This document shows, piece by piece, positions 10,293-20,387 of a stretch of DNA of 64,000 bases (the first letter of the stretch is position 1; the number at the start of each line of letters is the position of its first letter). A program made the position numbers and the translations under genes. The DNA is from Nannocystis bainbridge. Lineage in GTDB: Bacteria; Myxococcota_A; Polyangia; Nannocystales; Nannocystaceae. Below the pieces are notes generated by a model. The model was given only the letters and a program-made list of their open reading frames with translations, made no database searches and was not told the origin of the DNA. The stretch spans positions 1,888,001 to 1,952,000 of the forward strand of contig NZ_JAQNDL010000003.1 of the NCBI RefSeq assembly GCF_028368995.1. The letters are read 5' to 3'.

Positions 10293-12596
10293 ATGACACG
10301 CTCGCCTATCAGCCCGACACCTGTGCCGGCCACAACCCCTCCCGAGGCGTTGAAGCACGCGAAGGGCTGGACGCTCCACGCTGAGGCGAGCCGCGAGATG
10401 GTCGGCGTGCTGTTCGGCGAGCGCTTCGAGGTCCAGGAGCCGATCGGGGCCGGCGGGATGGCCTCGGTGTACGTCTGCAAGGACCGGGCGCTGCACGGCC
10501 TGGCGGCGGTGAAGGTGCTGCGCGACGACAACGCCGATACGCGCCGGCGGTTCGCCTACGAGTCGCGCCTGCTCGCCAACCTGCGGCACCCGCACATGGT
10601 CCAGGTGCTCGCGGTCGGGGAGACGGCGGATGGGGCGCTGTACATGGCGCTCGAGTACCTGCCCGGGCAGAGCCTCGACGAGCGGTTGATCCGGCGCGGG
10701 CCGCTGCCGTGGCGCGAGGTCGTCGAGCTGGCGGCGCAGGTGGCTGGCGCGCTCGAGGCGCTCCACCGGGTCGGGGTGATCCACCGCGACGTGAAGCCCA
10801 GCAACATCGTGCAGATCGACAGCGCGGCGGGGCGGCCGGTCGTGAAGCTGATCGACCTGGGGATCGCCAAGATCCACGACTGGGCGCGCGTGCAGGCCGG
10901 CGGGTTCACGCCAGTGCCGCGGCACAAGACCGAGGTCGGGAAGGTGGTCGGGACGCCCGGCTTCTACCCGCCCGAGGTGGCACTGGTCGAGGCGGACCCA
11001 CGCTTCGACACCTACGCGCTCGGGGTGACGATCTATCAGCTCTGCACAGGTGTCTTCCCGACGCCTGGGGAGTACCGGCCGATGGTCGAGGTGAGACCAG
11101 CGTGCAAGGTGACGCCGGAGCTTGAGGCGCTGGTGGCCGCGGCGCTTGCGGTCCTGCCGGAGGACCGAGTGGCGACCGCCGAGGAGTTCCAACGGCGGCT
11201 CGAGACGATCCGCACCGCGCACGCCGAGGACGCGGAACCGTTCCTGTTCGACGGATGCTACGAGCTGATCGAGGTGCTCGGGGTCGGGGCCAAGGCCGAG
11301 GTCTACCGCGCGTATCACCGCGACGCGGCCCGCTACGTGGCGCTCAAGTTGCTCAGCGCGAGGTCGAAGGCCAACTTCGAGGAGCGCGTGCGGTTCGCCC
11401 GCGAGGCACGGGTGCTCAGCGCGGTCAGTCATCCGGCCTTGCCCAAGTTGATCGACTGCCGAACGGCGACGAACCGGAAGCAACCGTTCATCGCCATGGC
11501 GCTGGCGAAGGGGAAGCGGGCGGGCGAATTCTGCATCGCCGGTCAGACGCTCGGGTCGGCCGACTTGATCGCGGTCGGGAGGCAGCTCGCGGGGGCGCTG
11601 GCCGCGTTGCACGACCGCGGGATCTTGCACCGCGACCTCAACACGTCGAACATCCTGATCGACCTCGGGCGCGAGACGACGGCGACGCTGATCGACGTCG
11701 GGATGGCTGACCTTACGGACAGGTTCTATGCCGTGGTCGAGCAGCGCTACCCGACGCCGCCCGAGTCGCGGCTCAAGCTCGGCACCGGCGGGCTTGAGAT
11801 GCTCGAGTGGACGGCGCCCGAAGCCCGCGACGGCAAGGGCTGGACGGCGAAGAGCGACGTCTACTCGCTTGGTCTGCTGCTGTACAAGATGCTGACCGGC
11901 AAACGCCCGTTCACGGGAGATTCGACGGAGATGGTCTCGCCACGGACGCTTGTGCCGGGGTGTCCCAGGGCGCTCGAGGCGGCCCTCCGCTGGGCGCTGC
12001 ATCAAGACCCGGATGAGCGGATCGACGCGAGTGAGCTGCTCGCGCAGCTCGACGAGGCGCTCGAGGAGATGAACGAGGACGCGGCCGATGCAGGCGCGCC
12101 CGAGGCACACCTCGGCGGGGCCACTCCAACGAAAGCAACGACGGCGGTTCGGGAGCGCCCACGGCGGACTCTGTGGTTCATCGGCGGCATGCTCGTCGCG
12201 GCGGCCGTCATGCTCGCGTGGTGGGGTGGCCGCATGACGGCGCCGACGCTGCCTCCGTTCGCCACGCCCACGACTTCGGTCGTTGTGCCGCCCGCGGCGC
12301 CGGAACCGGCTCCGCTGGCCGTCCCTGAAGCATCGGGCCCTGCGAACCCGGCGCCCTTGCCGGAGATGCGTGAGGCGCTGAAGACGGCCGCCGAGGAGTT
12401 ACGGCGCTGTGCGTCGCTCTCCGGCGGCTCGCTCCTCGTCGAGTTCGAGACCGCGGCTGGGAACGAGATTTTCGTCGCAGCGAAGGTGATCGGCCCGCAC
12501 GAGGAGCGCGTCGGCCGATGCGTCCGTGAAGCGGCCGACTCGATCCGCTTCGAGCCCACCGCCACGCAGACCTTCGCGGAGGTATACAATCCATGA
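10293..12596 (+). CDS. Ser/Thr kinase with two tandem kinase domains, TM and C-terminal extracytoplasmic domain
   Basis: Domain 1: IGAGGMASVY, HRDVKPSN, DLG, GTPGFYPPE. Domain 2: LGVGAKAEVY, HRDLNTSN, DVG, WTAPE. Confidence 0.92.
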   Translation: MTRSPISPTPVPATTPPEALKHAKGWTLHAEASREMVGVLFGERFEVQEPIGAGGMASVYVCKDRALHGLAAVKVLRDDNADTRRRFAYESRLLANLRHPHMVQVLAVGETADGALYMALEYLPGQSLDERLIRRGPLPWREVVELAAQVAGALEALHRVGVIHRDVKPSNIVQIDSAAGRPVVKLIDLGIAKIHDWARVQAGGFTPVPRHKTEVGKVVGTPGFYPPEVALVEADPRFDTYALGVTIYQLCTGVFPTPGEYRPMVEVRPACKVTPELEALVAAALAVLPEDRVATAEEFQRRLETIRTAHAEDAEPFLFDGCYELIEVLGVGAKAEVYRAYHRDAARYVALKLLSARSKANFEERVRFAREARVLSAVSHPALPKLIDCRTATNRKQPFIAMALAKGKRAGEFCIAGQTLGSADLIAVGRQLAGALAALHDRGILHRDLNTSNILIDLGRETTATLIDVGMADLTDRFYAVVEQRYPTPPESRLKLGTGGLEMLEWTAPEARDGKGWTAKSDVYSLGLLLYKMLTGKRPFTGDSTEMVSPRTLVPGCPRALEAALRWALHQDPDERIDASELLAQLDEALEEMNEDAADAGAPEAHLGGATPTKATTAVRERPRRTLWFIGGMLVAAAVMLAWWGGRMTAPTLPPFATPTTSVVVPPAAPEPAPLAVPEASGPANPAPLPEMREALKTAAEELRRCASLSGGSLLVEFETAAGNEIFVAAKVIGPHEERVGRCVREAADSIRFEPTATQTFAEVYNP

Positions 12597-13540
12597 GCAT
12601 GATCGCCTGCTTCCTCGCCGTCCTGCTCGCCGTGGAGGGACCCGCGCCTGCAACGACCTCGGACGAGTCGAGCTGCGACGTCGCCGACAACCGCTGTAAG
12701 GCCAAGGGCTTCGAGCGACAGGCCGCACAGGTGTCGTCGGCGTCGCAGCGCGCGCTGTACTTGCAGGCGGCCTATCGCTCTTACATCGGGCTGTTCAAAG
12801 AGACAGGTGAAACGCGTGATCTCTGCGAGGCGCGGCGGGTCTTCGAGAAGAGCCTCGCGGTCAAGGACCTGCCCGCGAGCCAGCGCACCAGCTTCGAGGC
12901 GGGACGCGTGGAGCTGGAGTCGCGCGAGCGACAGGTCAACGCGCGGTGCAGTAGCTCGGCGAAGCGGGCGCGGGTGCCGGCGCCGCAACGCGCAGAGGAC
13001 CCGGCGCCGCTCATGGCGGTCTCGGCCGCCAAGCCCGAGACGCCTAGACGTGCATCCGATGGGCCGCTCGACCTGCTTCCCGTGAGCTCCAAGAATAGGC
13101 GTTCGCCGCGCCCGCAAGTGGCGGTTGCGGTCCGACCTGAAGAACGATCGCGGCCGTCGCTAGCGCCGGTCGCTGCGCCTCCGCGACACGGTCGTCCTCT
13201 CGTGATCGCGGGGAGCGTGACACTGGGTCTCGGACTCTCGCTCGCCGGTGTCGCGGGTTACGCGGGAGGTCGCGCGCTCGAGGCACACCGCGAAGGCGTT
13301 GAACTGCACAACGAGGTGCAGGGACCTCCCGACGACGCGGCCCGTGCCGCGGATGCCGCCCTGGAGCGGGAGTACCGAAGGATGGGTTCTCTGGCCCTCG
13401 GAACAGCCGTCGCGGGTGGCGCGGCGGTAGTCGTCGGCACCGCGCTGGTTGCGGTGGGCGGACAACGACTCGCCCGAACAGCATCGAGCACAGCGCTGGT
13501 GCCCTTCCCCGGGGGCCTTGCTTTTCGTGCGCGTTTTTGA
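12593..13540 (+). CDS. Secreted helical-repeat protein with hydrophobic C-terminus ending ARF
   Basis: Signal peptide, ATGA overlap with kinase stop, Gly/Ala-rich helices. Confidence 0.7.
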   Translation: MSMIACFLAVLLAVEGPAPATTSDESSCDVADNRCKAKGFERQAAQVSSASQRALYLQAAYRSYIGLFKETGETRDLCEARRVFEKSLAVKDLPASQRTSFEAGRVELESRERQVNARCSSSAKRARVPAPQRAEDPAPLMAVSAAKPETPRRASDGPLDLLPVSSKNRRSPRPQVAVAVRPEERSRPSLAPVAAPPRHGRPLVIAGSVTLGLGLSLAGVAGYAGGRALEAHREGVELHNEVQGPPDDAARAADAALEREYRRMGSLALGTAVAGGAAVVVGTALVAVGGQRLARTASSTALVPFPGGLAFRARF

Positions 13541-13559
13541 GCGAATACCGGAGGAGCTC

Positions 13560-15179
13560 ATGCCCGTGGCCTTCCGTCTCCTTCCCTCGTTCGCCCTCGC
13601 GTTGCTGACCGCCTGCGCGCCGTGGCCGCAGTGGGAGGAGTGCTCCAACGCTCTCTGCGCGACGGCCTCCACCGGGGACAGCACCGGAGACATCACGACG
13701 CCGACCTCGGGCGGCGGGATCCAGACCGTCACCGGCGCCGACGAGAGCTCGACCGACGTCGAGCTGGACACCAGCAGCACGACATTGACCGAGCCGGCCG
13801 GGCCGCCGGCGGTCGTGGAGTTCAAGCTGACGCCGGACCCGATCGGATTCAACGGGGCGATCACGGTGGCGGTGTCGGCCGAGCACGCGGACGGCGTGCG
13901 CATGGAGCTCGACTCCGGCGAGGTGATCGAGCTGGCGATGATCGAGCCTGGGCTCTTCGACGGCGAGACCGCCGTGCTGACGGGCCTCGTCAACGGGCCG
14001 CACGTCGCCCTGCTGACGCCATGGCGCGACGTCGTCGACGGCGAGACGGTGCAGGCGCCCTACGAGGTCGCCCTCCCCACGCCCGGAAGTCAGGGCTTCT
14101 GGGAGACCGGCGACCTGATCGGCGGCGGCCAGGTCGCGGCCATGGGCGTGCTGCCGACCGGCGACGTGGTCGAGCTCGGGACGTTCCTCCCGAACGGCGA
14201 GTCGCGCTGCTACCTCCGCCGCCGCAACAAGGGCGGCGCGTGGGGGCCCGACGACTTGGTGACGATCTTGCCCGACAACAACTGCGCGCCGATCGACCTC
14301 GTGATCGGCGACGACGGCGCGATGTTCGTCGCCGTCAACCGCGAGGGGGTCGACGGGGTGCGCTGGTGGTTGGCGAAGATCCCAGCGTGGGGACAGGCGC
14401 CGACGAACCTCGGGCTCGGGGCGAAGGACGAGACGGCCGTGGCGCTCGCGCGTCACTCGTCGGGCGCCGTGGCGGTCTGCGGCTACGCGCCGTCACCGTG
14501 GATGTACGACGACACGATGGTGCGGATCTTCCGGCCGAACCTGCCGGGCGAGACGCTGAACTTCGACTTCCCTCTCAAGCAGGCGCATTGGTTCGCCGAG
14601 CGACCGCGCGACTGCGTCTACATAGACGACACGCTCGCGCTCGTCGGTGAGATGTACGGCCCGCACGGCGACGACAACAAGCTTCGGGATCGCCTCTTCA
14701 TCCTCAACCTCGACAGCGAGGGCCAGGCAGCCTGGACCGTGGCCCCCGCGGGCGCCAAGACCCAGAGCGGCGCTCAGGCGGTCGACACTGACAACGAAGG
14801 TCGGCTCGTCATCGCCGGCTACACCTGTGACGACGCCTGTCAGCCGGAGGGCGACCTGCGCATCTACGACACGCGCGGCGAGCTCGCCTGGCAGACCTCG
14901 CTCGGCACCTTTCCGACCAAGCAGTTCGGCACCCGGGACCTCGTGTGGAGCCCAGCCGGCTACGCCCTCGTGGCGACCGGCGGGCCGAAGGGGAACGAGA
15001 CCGCTTTCACCGTCCGGGCCTACGCGCCCTCCAAGATCGAACCGGTGTGGACCTTCGCGCGCAAGGACGGCCAGGTGCTCCACCTGGCGCTGGCGCTGGC
15101 GATCGGCCACTACGGCGAGGTCTACGCCGGAGGCCTGGGCGCGAACGGCTACCCGGCCGTCGCGTACATCGGCGGGTAG
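13560..15179 (+). CDS. Lipoprotein, probable beta-propeller
   Basis: RBS GGAGGAG, lipobox LTAC, Thr-rich linker, repeated beta-blade-like segments. Confidence 0.7.
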   Translation: MPVAFRLLPSFALALLTACAPWPQWEECSNALCATASTGDSTGDITTPTSGGGIQTVTGADESSTDVELDTSSTTLTEPAGPPAVVEFKLTPDPIGFNGAITVAVSAEHADGVRMELDSGEVIELAMIEPGLFDGETAVLTGLVNGPHVALLTPWRDVVDGETVQAPYEVALPTPGSQGFWETGDLIGGGQVAAMGVLPTGDVVELGTFLPNGESRCYLRRRNKGGAWGPDDLVTILPDNNCAPIDLVIGDDGAMFVAVNREGVDGVRWWLAKIPAWGQAPTNLGLGAKDETAVALARHSSGAVAVCGYAPSPWMYDDTMVRIFRPNLPGETLNFDFPLKQAHWFAERPRDCVYIDDTLALVGEMYGPHGDDNKLRDRLFILNLDSEGQAAWTVAPAGAKTQSGAQAVDTDNEGRLVIAGYTCDDACQPEGDLRIYDTRGELAWQTSLGTFPTKQFGTRDLVWSPAGYALVATGGPKGNETAFTVRAYAPSKIEPVWTFARKDGQVLHLALALAIGHYGEVYAGGLGANGYPAVAYIGG

Positions 15180-15185
15180 CGCGAG

Positions 15186-16286
15186 CTACCCCGGCGGGAC
15201 GAAGTCGGCGCAGGCGACCTCGACGAGGTCGGTCGCCTGGTCGAAGAACGGCCCGTAGTCGGGCTCCTCGCGATCGACGAGTAGGTGGTGGGGAAACATC
15301 TTGACCATCTGGCAGGTGCGGTCGTCGGGATCGCACTCGGGTTCGCCTGAGTGGAGGATGCTGAACATGACCGCCGACTCCGGGTCGTCGTGCTTCGCCT
15401 GGAGCACCGCCGCCGCCCAGTCTCCCGGCGACCCCTTGGAGCTGAAGGGTTTGGGGCCGTAGTCGAAGGTGTTGGAGATGAGCGTCACCATCAGCAACGC
15501 GTCTTCCCGGAGGAAGCCCTCATTGCAACTGCCGGGTTTGTTGAGACCCGGGAGAACCGCCGCCGTGAGCGCCTCGCCGATCCAGGCCCTGCCGTTGCTG
15601 CCCACCTGCGCGACGCAGGCGAAGGCGTCGTCGAGGTTCTTCTGGCCCTTGATCATGTAGCGGCGGTCGCCGTCGATCGGGCACGGCTTGTTGGGCGCGT
15701 CGTCACCCGCGGGGAACACGGTGCCGGCGCCGATGGTGGTGTCGCAGACAGTCGGGGTGTAGCTGCAGGGATAGCCGGGAACCGGACATGGCATCGGGCA
15801 CTGCGCGTCGCACGAACTGGAGCCCCAGTCGGCATCGCCGTCGACCACCATGATGTGGTAATCGAAGTCCGCGAACTTCGCCTGGATGGTGTCGATGAAC
15901 TGCGGGAACGCGGCGAGGAGCTGCGTCTGGAAGTAGCTCATGCCGCCGTAGCGCGAGATCACGAACAGGAAGTCGATCTTCCCCTTGCAGCCGGGCGGCT
16001 TCGGGTCGGCGAGGTCCTGGTCGGTGCCGACGTCCCAGATCATAGTGGTCCCACCGCTGCTCGCGTCGCCGCTCCCCGAGCCGGTGGACAGCTCGGTCGT
16101 CGAGCTCGAACCGGTGCTGCTCGAGCTGATGGCCGGCGAGCCACCGGTGCTCGAGTCGAGGCCGGTCGCGGTCGGCGACGAGGTCATCGGCGGCATGGTT
16201 GTGAACGGCGACGTGTCCTCCTGCGATGGTTGGCAAGCGGACGCGAGGCCAAAGGCGACGACGATGGGCCGGGATCGCAGCCGCAT
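15186..16286 (-). CDS. Myxobacterial lipoprotein (vWA-like, KIDFLFVI family)
   Basis: Lipobox ASAC, Ser/Thr linker, GCKGKIDFLFVIS, GFLREDALLMVTLIS. Confidence 0.7.
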   Translation of the reverse strand: MRLRSRPIVVAFGLASACQPSQEDTSPFTTMPPMTSSPTATGLDSSTGGSPAISSSSTGSSSTTELSTGSGSGDASSGGTTMIWDVGTDQDLADPKPPGCKGKIDFLFVISRYGGMSYFQTQLLAAFPQFIDTIQAKFADFDYHIMVVDGDADWGSSSCDAQCPMPCPVPGYPCSYTPTVCDTTIGAGTVFPAGDDAPNKPCPIDGDRRYMIKGQKNLDDAFACVAQVGSNGRAWIGEALTAAVLPGLNKPGSCNEGFLREDALLMVTLISNTFDYGPKPFSSKGSPGDWAAAVLQAKHDDPESAVMFSILHSGEPECDPDDRTCQMVKMFPHHLLVDREEPDYGPFFDQATDLVEVACADFVPPG

Positions 16287-16648
16287 GACCCGGAAGCGTA
16301 GCGCGAATCCAGCTGTCGCGGGGATGTTGGCCATCCCGACCCGCGACAACGGGGCCGCCTCGGTGTGCTGCAGGTGGTCGCGTCCAGATTCAGGGCGCAC
16401 CCCGCGCCACTTCGATAAATACGGCGACGGACCTTCGAGGAGCTCGACGAACACTGCGGTGACGTTGTCCTACCGCGGCAGAGGTTGGCGTAGCGGATCG
16501 CCGTCGGTGCGGCGACGCGGGGGTCGAGCCGGAACAGGTCAATCAGAGGGACGGCGGCGCGGTCGAGGTATCGTAAAGGCTGTCGAAGCAGAGTTGGAGG
16601 CGGTCGCCGGCTCGCAGTGGAAAGGCCATGATGTCGACCTCGTCAAAT

Positions 16649-18505
16649 TCACGCAGGCCGATCGCGCGGCGCGTCCACAAGAATACGGTCTCTCCCGTCG
16701 CGGACGCTCCCAGCGCTGCCCGCCTCCTCGGCGCCATCACCTCGCTCGGGGGGCCGTTCGACCGGTCCTTCGCGCATCGGCTGAACAACGCCTCGCGCTT
16801 GAAGATGGACGACATCGCGGAGAACGGCCACCAGCCACTCGCGAACCGCGATAACTTCGACGTGGTCACGAGCGGACCTGGATTCCCAGGCCCCCAGCAT
16901 GACGGCCACCGTCAACAGGGGAGCCAGCGGCGACGAGGCTAGCCGAGCGGCGGACGCGGCATCGTCTTCAGACGGGCAAGCGGCGTCCCCAGCGGCCACC
17001 GCACCCGAGGTTTCCATCGAGTCGGTCATGGGCTCATCACGAGCAGCGTCGGCGGACTCCGTGCTGGACCCCACCGCGCCCGCGGGTACGCCAGCCTCAG
17101 CCGTACTTGTGGTCGCGGAGGTGGCCGCCGCAGCACCGACTTCCTCGCGCGCCAACTCGTCGGCATCGTGCGCCGCCGGCTCGCGAGCATGGGCGGCCTG
17201 CTGGGATGTCCGGCCAGCATCATCGATCCCTACCTTCGGTTCTTCGTGCGGGCTGCTGCCCTTCGTCTCGCCCCACGACGACGAGCTCGGCGCCGTCAGA
17301 TCTGCCGTCGGGGTCGTCTCGTCGTCTTCCGCCAACACCTCGCCGGTCGCCGACGCGGGGAAGCGGAACGGGATCGGCGTCTCCTCCAGCAGTCGGCGGT
17401 GGAGGACGGACGACGGATCGTTCAGGCCGACGAGGTGGATGTGCCAGAGCCGTTCCCCGTCCGCTCGCGTCACGAGGCAAGTCCCTGTCGCGCGCAGCAA
17501 GTTGAGCGTGTCCGCCAGCGCCTCGAGAGTGATCACGAACGACGGGTCGTGCCGCTGGATCTCGTCGCGGAGCACGCCCGTCAGCCCGACGAGATCGTCG
17601 GAGCCCCTGAGGCTGCATTGAAACAGGGCGCGTAGTAGCCGGCGGAGGTACTTCTTGCCCTTGAGCCGCCTGGGCCTGCACAGCTCCTGAGCGGCCTGGC
17701 CGTCCTGCTCGAGACGCCGGCCCACCGGCACCGAGCGCAGAGCCTTCGCCCGGTGCTCGAGGCCCTTGAAGCAGCGCCAGACCACGTCCGGGATCGAGGG
17801 CCCGTCCACCACATCGATCGGCAGGCCGTGGACGATCCCGATGTAGCGGGCCCGCGTGGCCGACGAGACGCGCGCCTGATCGAGCTCTCGCGGCGGCTTC
17901 GCCCCCCTCGGAGCGGCGCCCCTTCGGAGGCCGCGCATGCGATCGACGAACACTTCGCGGAGGTCGAGCGGCGCCTTGATGTCGAGGACGACCCGCCGCT
18001 TGCCCTCGACGAGGACGACCGCGAGCTGCTGGCCGAGCACCGCCAGCAAGATCGTGCTGGAGCCCTCCTGCGCGACCCCGACGAGGAAGCGCCCGTACGT
18101 CGGCTTGAAGTGCCGGCGCACGTCGCCGAAGCGCACCACGGGCCGCGACAACTGACGAGGATCGACGGCGTCACGGACCCGCGCCCACGTCGCCTTCACA
18201 TCCGCGAGCGCGCCGACAGCCAGCGGCGTGACGGCCTGGCCGCCGTCACCGACGTAGGCGGCGTGCCAGCGGGCCTCGTCGCCCGGGGCCCCGCAGAAAT
18301 GCACTTGGCCCCCCGCTGGCCAGGCGAACCGGAAGCACTGCACCTGCTCCTCCGAGTGGTTCATGCCGACTGCCGTGGTCGATTCGTCGACCGTGATCGC
18401 CAGCCGCTCGCCCGCCAAGTACGCCTCATACTCCGCGAACGCCTGGTCGATCGCCCAGTCGTCGGACCCTGATTCCGCCGCCCTCACGTCCCCCCGCGCT
18501 GTCAC
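16649..18505 (-). CDS. Hypothetical protein, candidate replication or regulatory protein of the element
   Basis: 618-aa ORF divergent from the element operon; winged-helix-like segment LEALADTLNLLRATGTCLVTRADGERLWHIHL; start uncertain. Confidence 0.55.
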   Translation of the reverse strand: MTARGDVRAAESGSDDWAIDQAFAEYEAYLAGERLAITVDESTTAVGMNHSEEQVQCFRFAWPAGGQVHFCGAPGDEARWHAAYVGDGGQAVTPLAVGALADVKATWARVRDAVDPRQLSRPVVRFGDVRRHFKPTYGRFLVGVAQEGSSTILLAVLGQQLAVVLVEGKRRVVLDIKAPLDLREVFVDRMRGLRRGAAPRGAKPPRELDQARVSSATRARYIGIVHGLPIDVVDGPSIPDVVWRCFKGLEHRAKALRSVPVGRRLEQDGQAAQELCRPRRLKGKKYLRRLLRALFQCSLRGSDDLVGLTGVLRDEIQRHDPSFVITLEALADTLNLLRATGTCLVTRADGERLWHIHLVGLNDPSSVLHRRLLEETPIPFRFPASATGEVLAEDDETTPTADLTAPSSSSWGETKGSSPHEEPKVGIDDAGRTSQQAAHAREPAAHDADELAREEVGAAAATSATTSTAEAGVPAGAVGSSTESADAARDEPMTDSMETSGAVAAGDAACPSEDDAASAARLASSPLAPLLTVAVMLGAWESRSARDHVEVIAVREWLVAVLRDVVHLQARGVVQPMREGPVERPPERGDGAEEAGSAGSVRDGRDRILVDAPRDRPA

Positions 18506-18704
18506 GATAGCACGGCGACAACGCGCGAGCCGCTGGGACGCTTCATGAGGTTGGCACCCAACGGGGATTTGCGAAGTTGTTTGCTTGTACGACGGGACGG
18601 GCAGTAGCCGTCCCGATGCTCTACCACGCCAAGGCGCGCAAAGCCTCGTTATCCGCGGGATACGAGCGGCCTCCTCCAGGACCAGCTTCGTGCCTCATGC
18701 GGGC

Positions 18705-18745
18705 CAACATCGGGACAACATCGGGACAACATCGGGACAACATCG
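18705..18745 (+). repeat. Tandem 11-bp repeat CAACATCGGGA x3.7 (iteron-like)
   Basis: Exact copies at 18705, 18716, 18727, partial at 18738; followed by AT-rich TCAAATACAGAAAATTTCTG. Confidence 0.9.
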
Positions 18746-18855
18746 ACGAGCGGTATCCAGTAATGCTCGCACTCGAGCATTCAAATACAGAAAATTTCTG
18801 GTTGCACGCGATGCGAACATCGGCTTGTCTGGTTCGCAGCGGAGGGTTGAGGTCG

Positions 18856-19428
18856 ATGCGGCGCATGGTCGTCAGCACAGCGTGTGGTGATTTCGTCACG
18901 GAGAAGGATGTCGCGGAGGCGCAGCTCGTCGGCGAGCTCGTTGACTGCTACCGCCTGCTGCCTGACGCCGCCATCTACCTCGACGGCCAGCTCGTGCCCG
19001 AGGAGGCTCGCCAGGCGGCGCTCGCGGCCCTGTCCGTTGGGACAGCACCCGCGGCGGCCCGAGTCGCCGCGCAGCCGCTCGAGCCGGAGAAGTTGAAGGA
19101 GTACGGCGAGGTGCTCGCGCAGCTCTTCGACGACCTGCGCAAGGGCTACGTCCAGTCAACGAACGACCTGCACGACGTCTTCCGGCGCTACCGCGAGATG
19201 TGCCTCGACAACGAGCGGCGGTTCGCAGACGAGGTCGCGCAGCAGCGGGCGCTCACCCACAAGAGCCTCGCCGACGTCGACCTGCTCCGGCGCAGCGTCA
19301 CGACCACCCAGCTCCTGAACGGCTTCGCGTCCGAGGTGCGGCCGCGGGCGATCCAGGAGGGCGGTCCCACGCTCACCGACTACGTCGCCGGGCTCGTGCG
19401 AGCGGTCGCCGGCGACAAGAAGAAATAG
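18856..19428 (+). CDS. Hypothetical helical protein, first gene of the element operon
   Basis: GGAGG upstream; coding-like codon usage; start could be 18865. Confidence 0.7.
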   Translation: MRRMVVSTACGDFVTEKDVAEAQLVGELVDCYRLLPDAAIYLDGQLVPEEARQAALAALSVGTAPAAARVAAQPLEPEKLKEYGEVLAQLFDDLRKGYVQSTNDLHDVFRRYREMCLDNERRFADEVAQQRALTHKSLADVDLLRRSVTTTQLLNGFASEVRPRAIQEGGPTLTDYVAGLVRAVAGDKKK

Positions 19429-19442
19429 GGAGGAGAGGGAAG

Positions 19443-19889
19443 ATGGCCCAAAAGACATCATGGTCCGCAGGACAGGTCCTCGCCCAGGCCGAGGGCTCGA
19501 TCGGCACGACGCTGCGCGTCGCCGTCGCCAACTATTACAAGGGGCATGACCTCGGCACCGCGCAGGCGATCCGCAAGGTCGAGACCGACACCGAAGCCGC
19601 CGCGCTCGTCGCGGCGATCCGCCAGGGTCGCGTTCACGAGGTCCTGATGGTCGCCACCAGCGCGGCCGTCGGCGCGATCGCCGGGGCGCTGTCGCAGAAG
19701 GCCGTCAGCAACGCGACGGCGGGCGGCGTGCCGCCCGTGACCGCCCTCGGCGCCGTGCCGACGATCGCCGGGCTGGCGGCGCCGATCAGCCTGTCCGGGC
19801 GCTCGATGCTCGCGGCCGGCGGCCTGTCGTACATCACCGGCGCGGTGATCTACAGCATGCTGGCGCCGAAGCCGGAGGCCGCGCCATGA
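19443..19889 (+). CDS. Hydrophobic membrane protein
   Basis: Strong RBS GGGAGGAGAGGG; Gly/Ala-rich hydrophobic helices in C-terminal half. Confidence 0.8.
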   Translation: MAQKTSWSAGQVLAQAEGSIGTTLRVAVANYYKGHDLGTAQAIRKVETDTEAAALVAAIRQGRVHEVLMVATSAAVGAIAGALSQKAVSNATAGGVPPVTALGAVPTIAGLAAPISLSGRSMLAAGGLSYITGAVIYSMLAPKPEAAP

Positions 19890-20302
19890 AGGGCTCGATC
19901 CTCGCCCACCTGCGGCGCGTCTCGACCAGCCCCGAAGGTCGTGCCCTCGTCCACGCCGTCGATGACGCCGGCCTCGAGTACAAGATCGAGGTCCCTGTCG
20001 AGGCTGTCCGCGGGGTCAGCCCCGACCAAGGCCTCGTCCTCGCCCTCTCGTGGTCGCTCGAGGCGGGCCCGCGAGTCGCCGAGCCTGCTGCGACACCGAT
20101 GCCGGCCGAACCTTCCTCGACCGCGACGACCCGCAGTTCCACCGCGAGCGAGGTGGATCAGGCGTTCATGGAGTTGATGGGCCGCCCCCGCGGCTCGACC
20201 TCCGCCGTTACGTCCGCTCCCGCCGCATCTACCCCCGGATCGTCCGCTGCGGATAGCCCCTCCCAGGGACTCGCCGAATTGCTCGGCCTGCGGCGCGTTT
20301 GA
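19886..20302 (+). CDS. Hypothetical protein
   Basis: ATGA overlap; short beta domain plus Ser/Thr/Ala tail. Confidence 0.75.
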   Translation: MKGSILAHLRRVSTSPEGRALVHAVDDAGLEYKIEVPVEAVRGVSPDQGLVLALSWSLEAGPRVAEPAATPMPAEPSSTATTRSSTASEVDQAFMELMGRPRGSTSAVTSAPAASTPGSSAADSPSQGLAELLGLRRV

Positions 20303-20316
20303 TCTGACCTGATCTA

Positions 20317-20322
20317 TTGACA
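20317..20322 (+). promoter_or_regulatory. Possible sigma70 -35 box (TTGACA)
   Basis: Consensus hexamer in an AT-richer gap upstream of 20388; no clear -10. Confidence 0.3.
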
Positions 20323-20387
20323 TTTCAACCGCACCCTCGCCCGTTCGGGTGAGGCCAGAAACACTCATTTCAAAATCAGGAGACACG

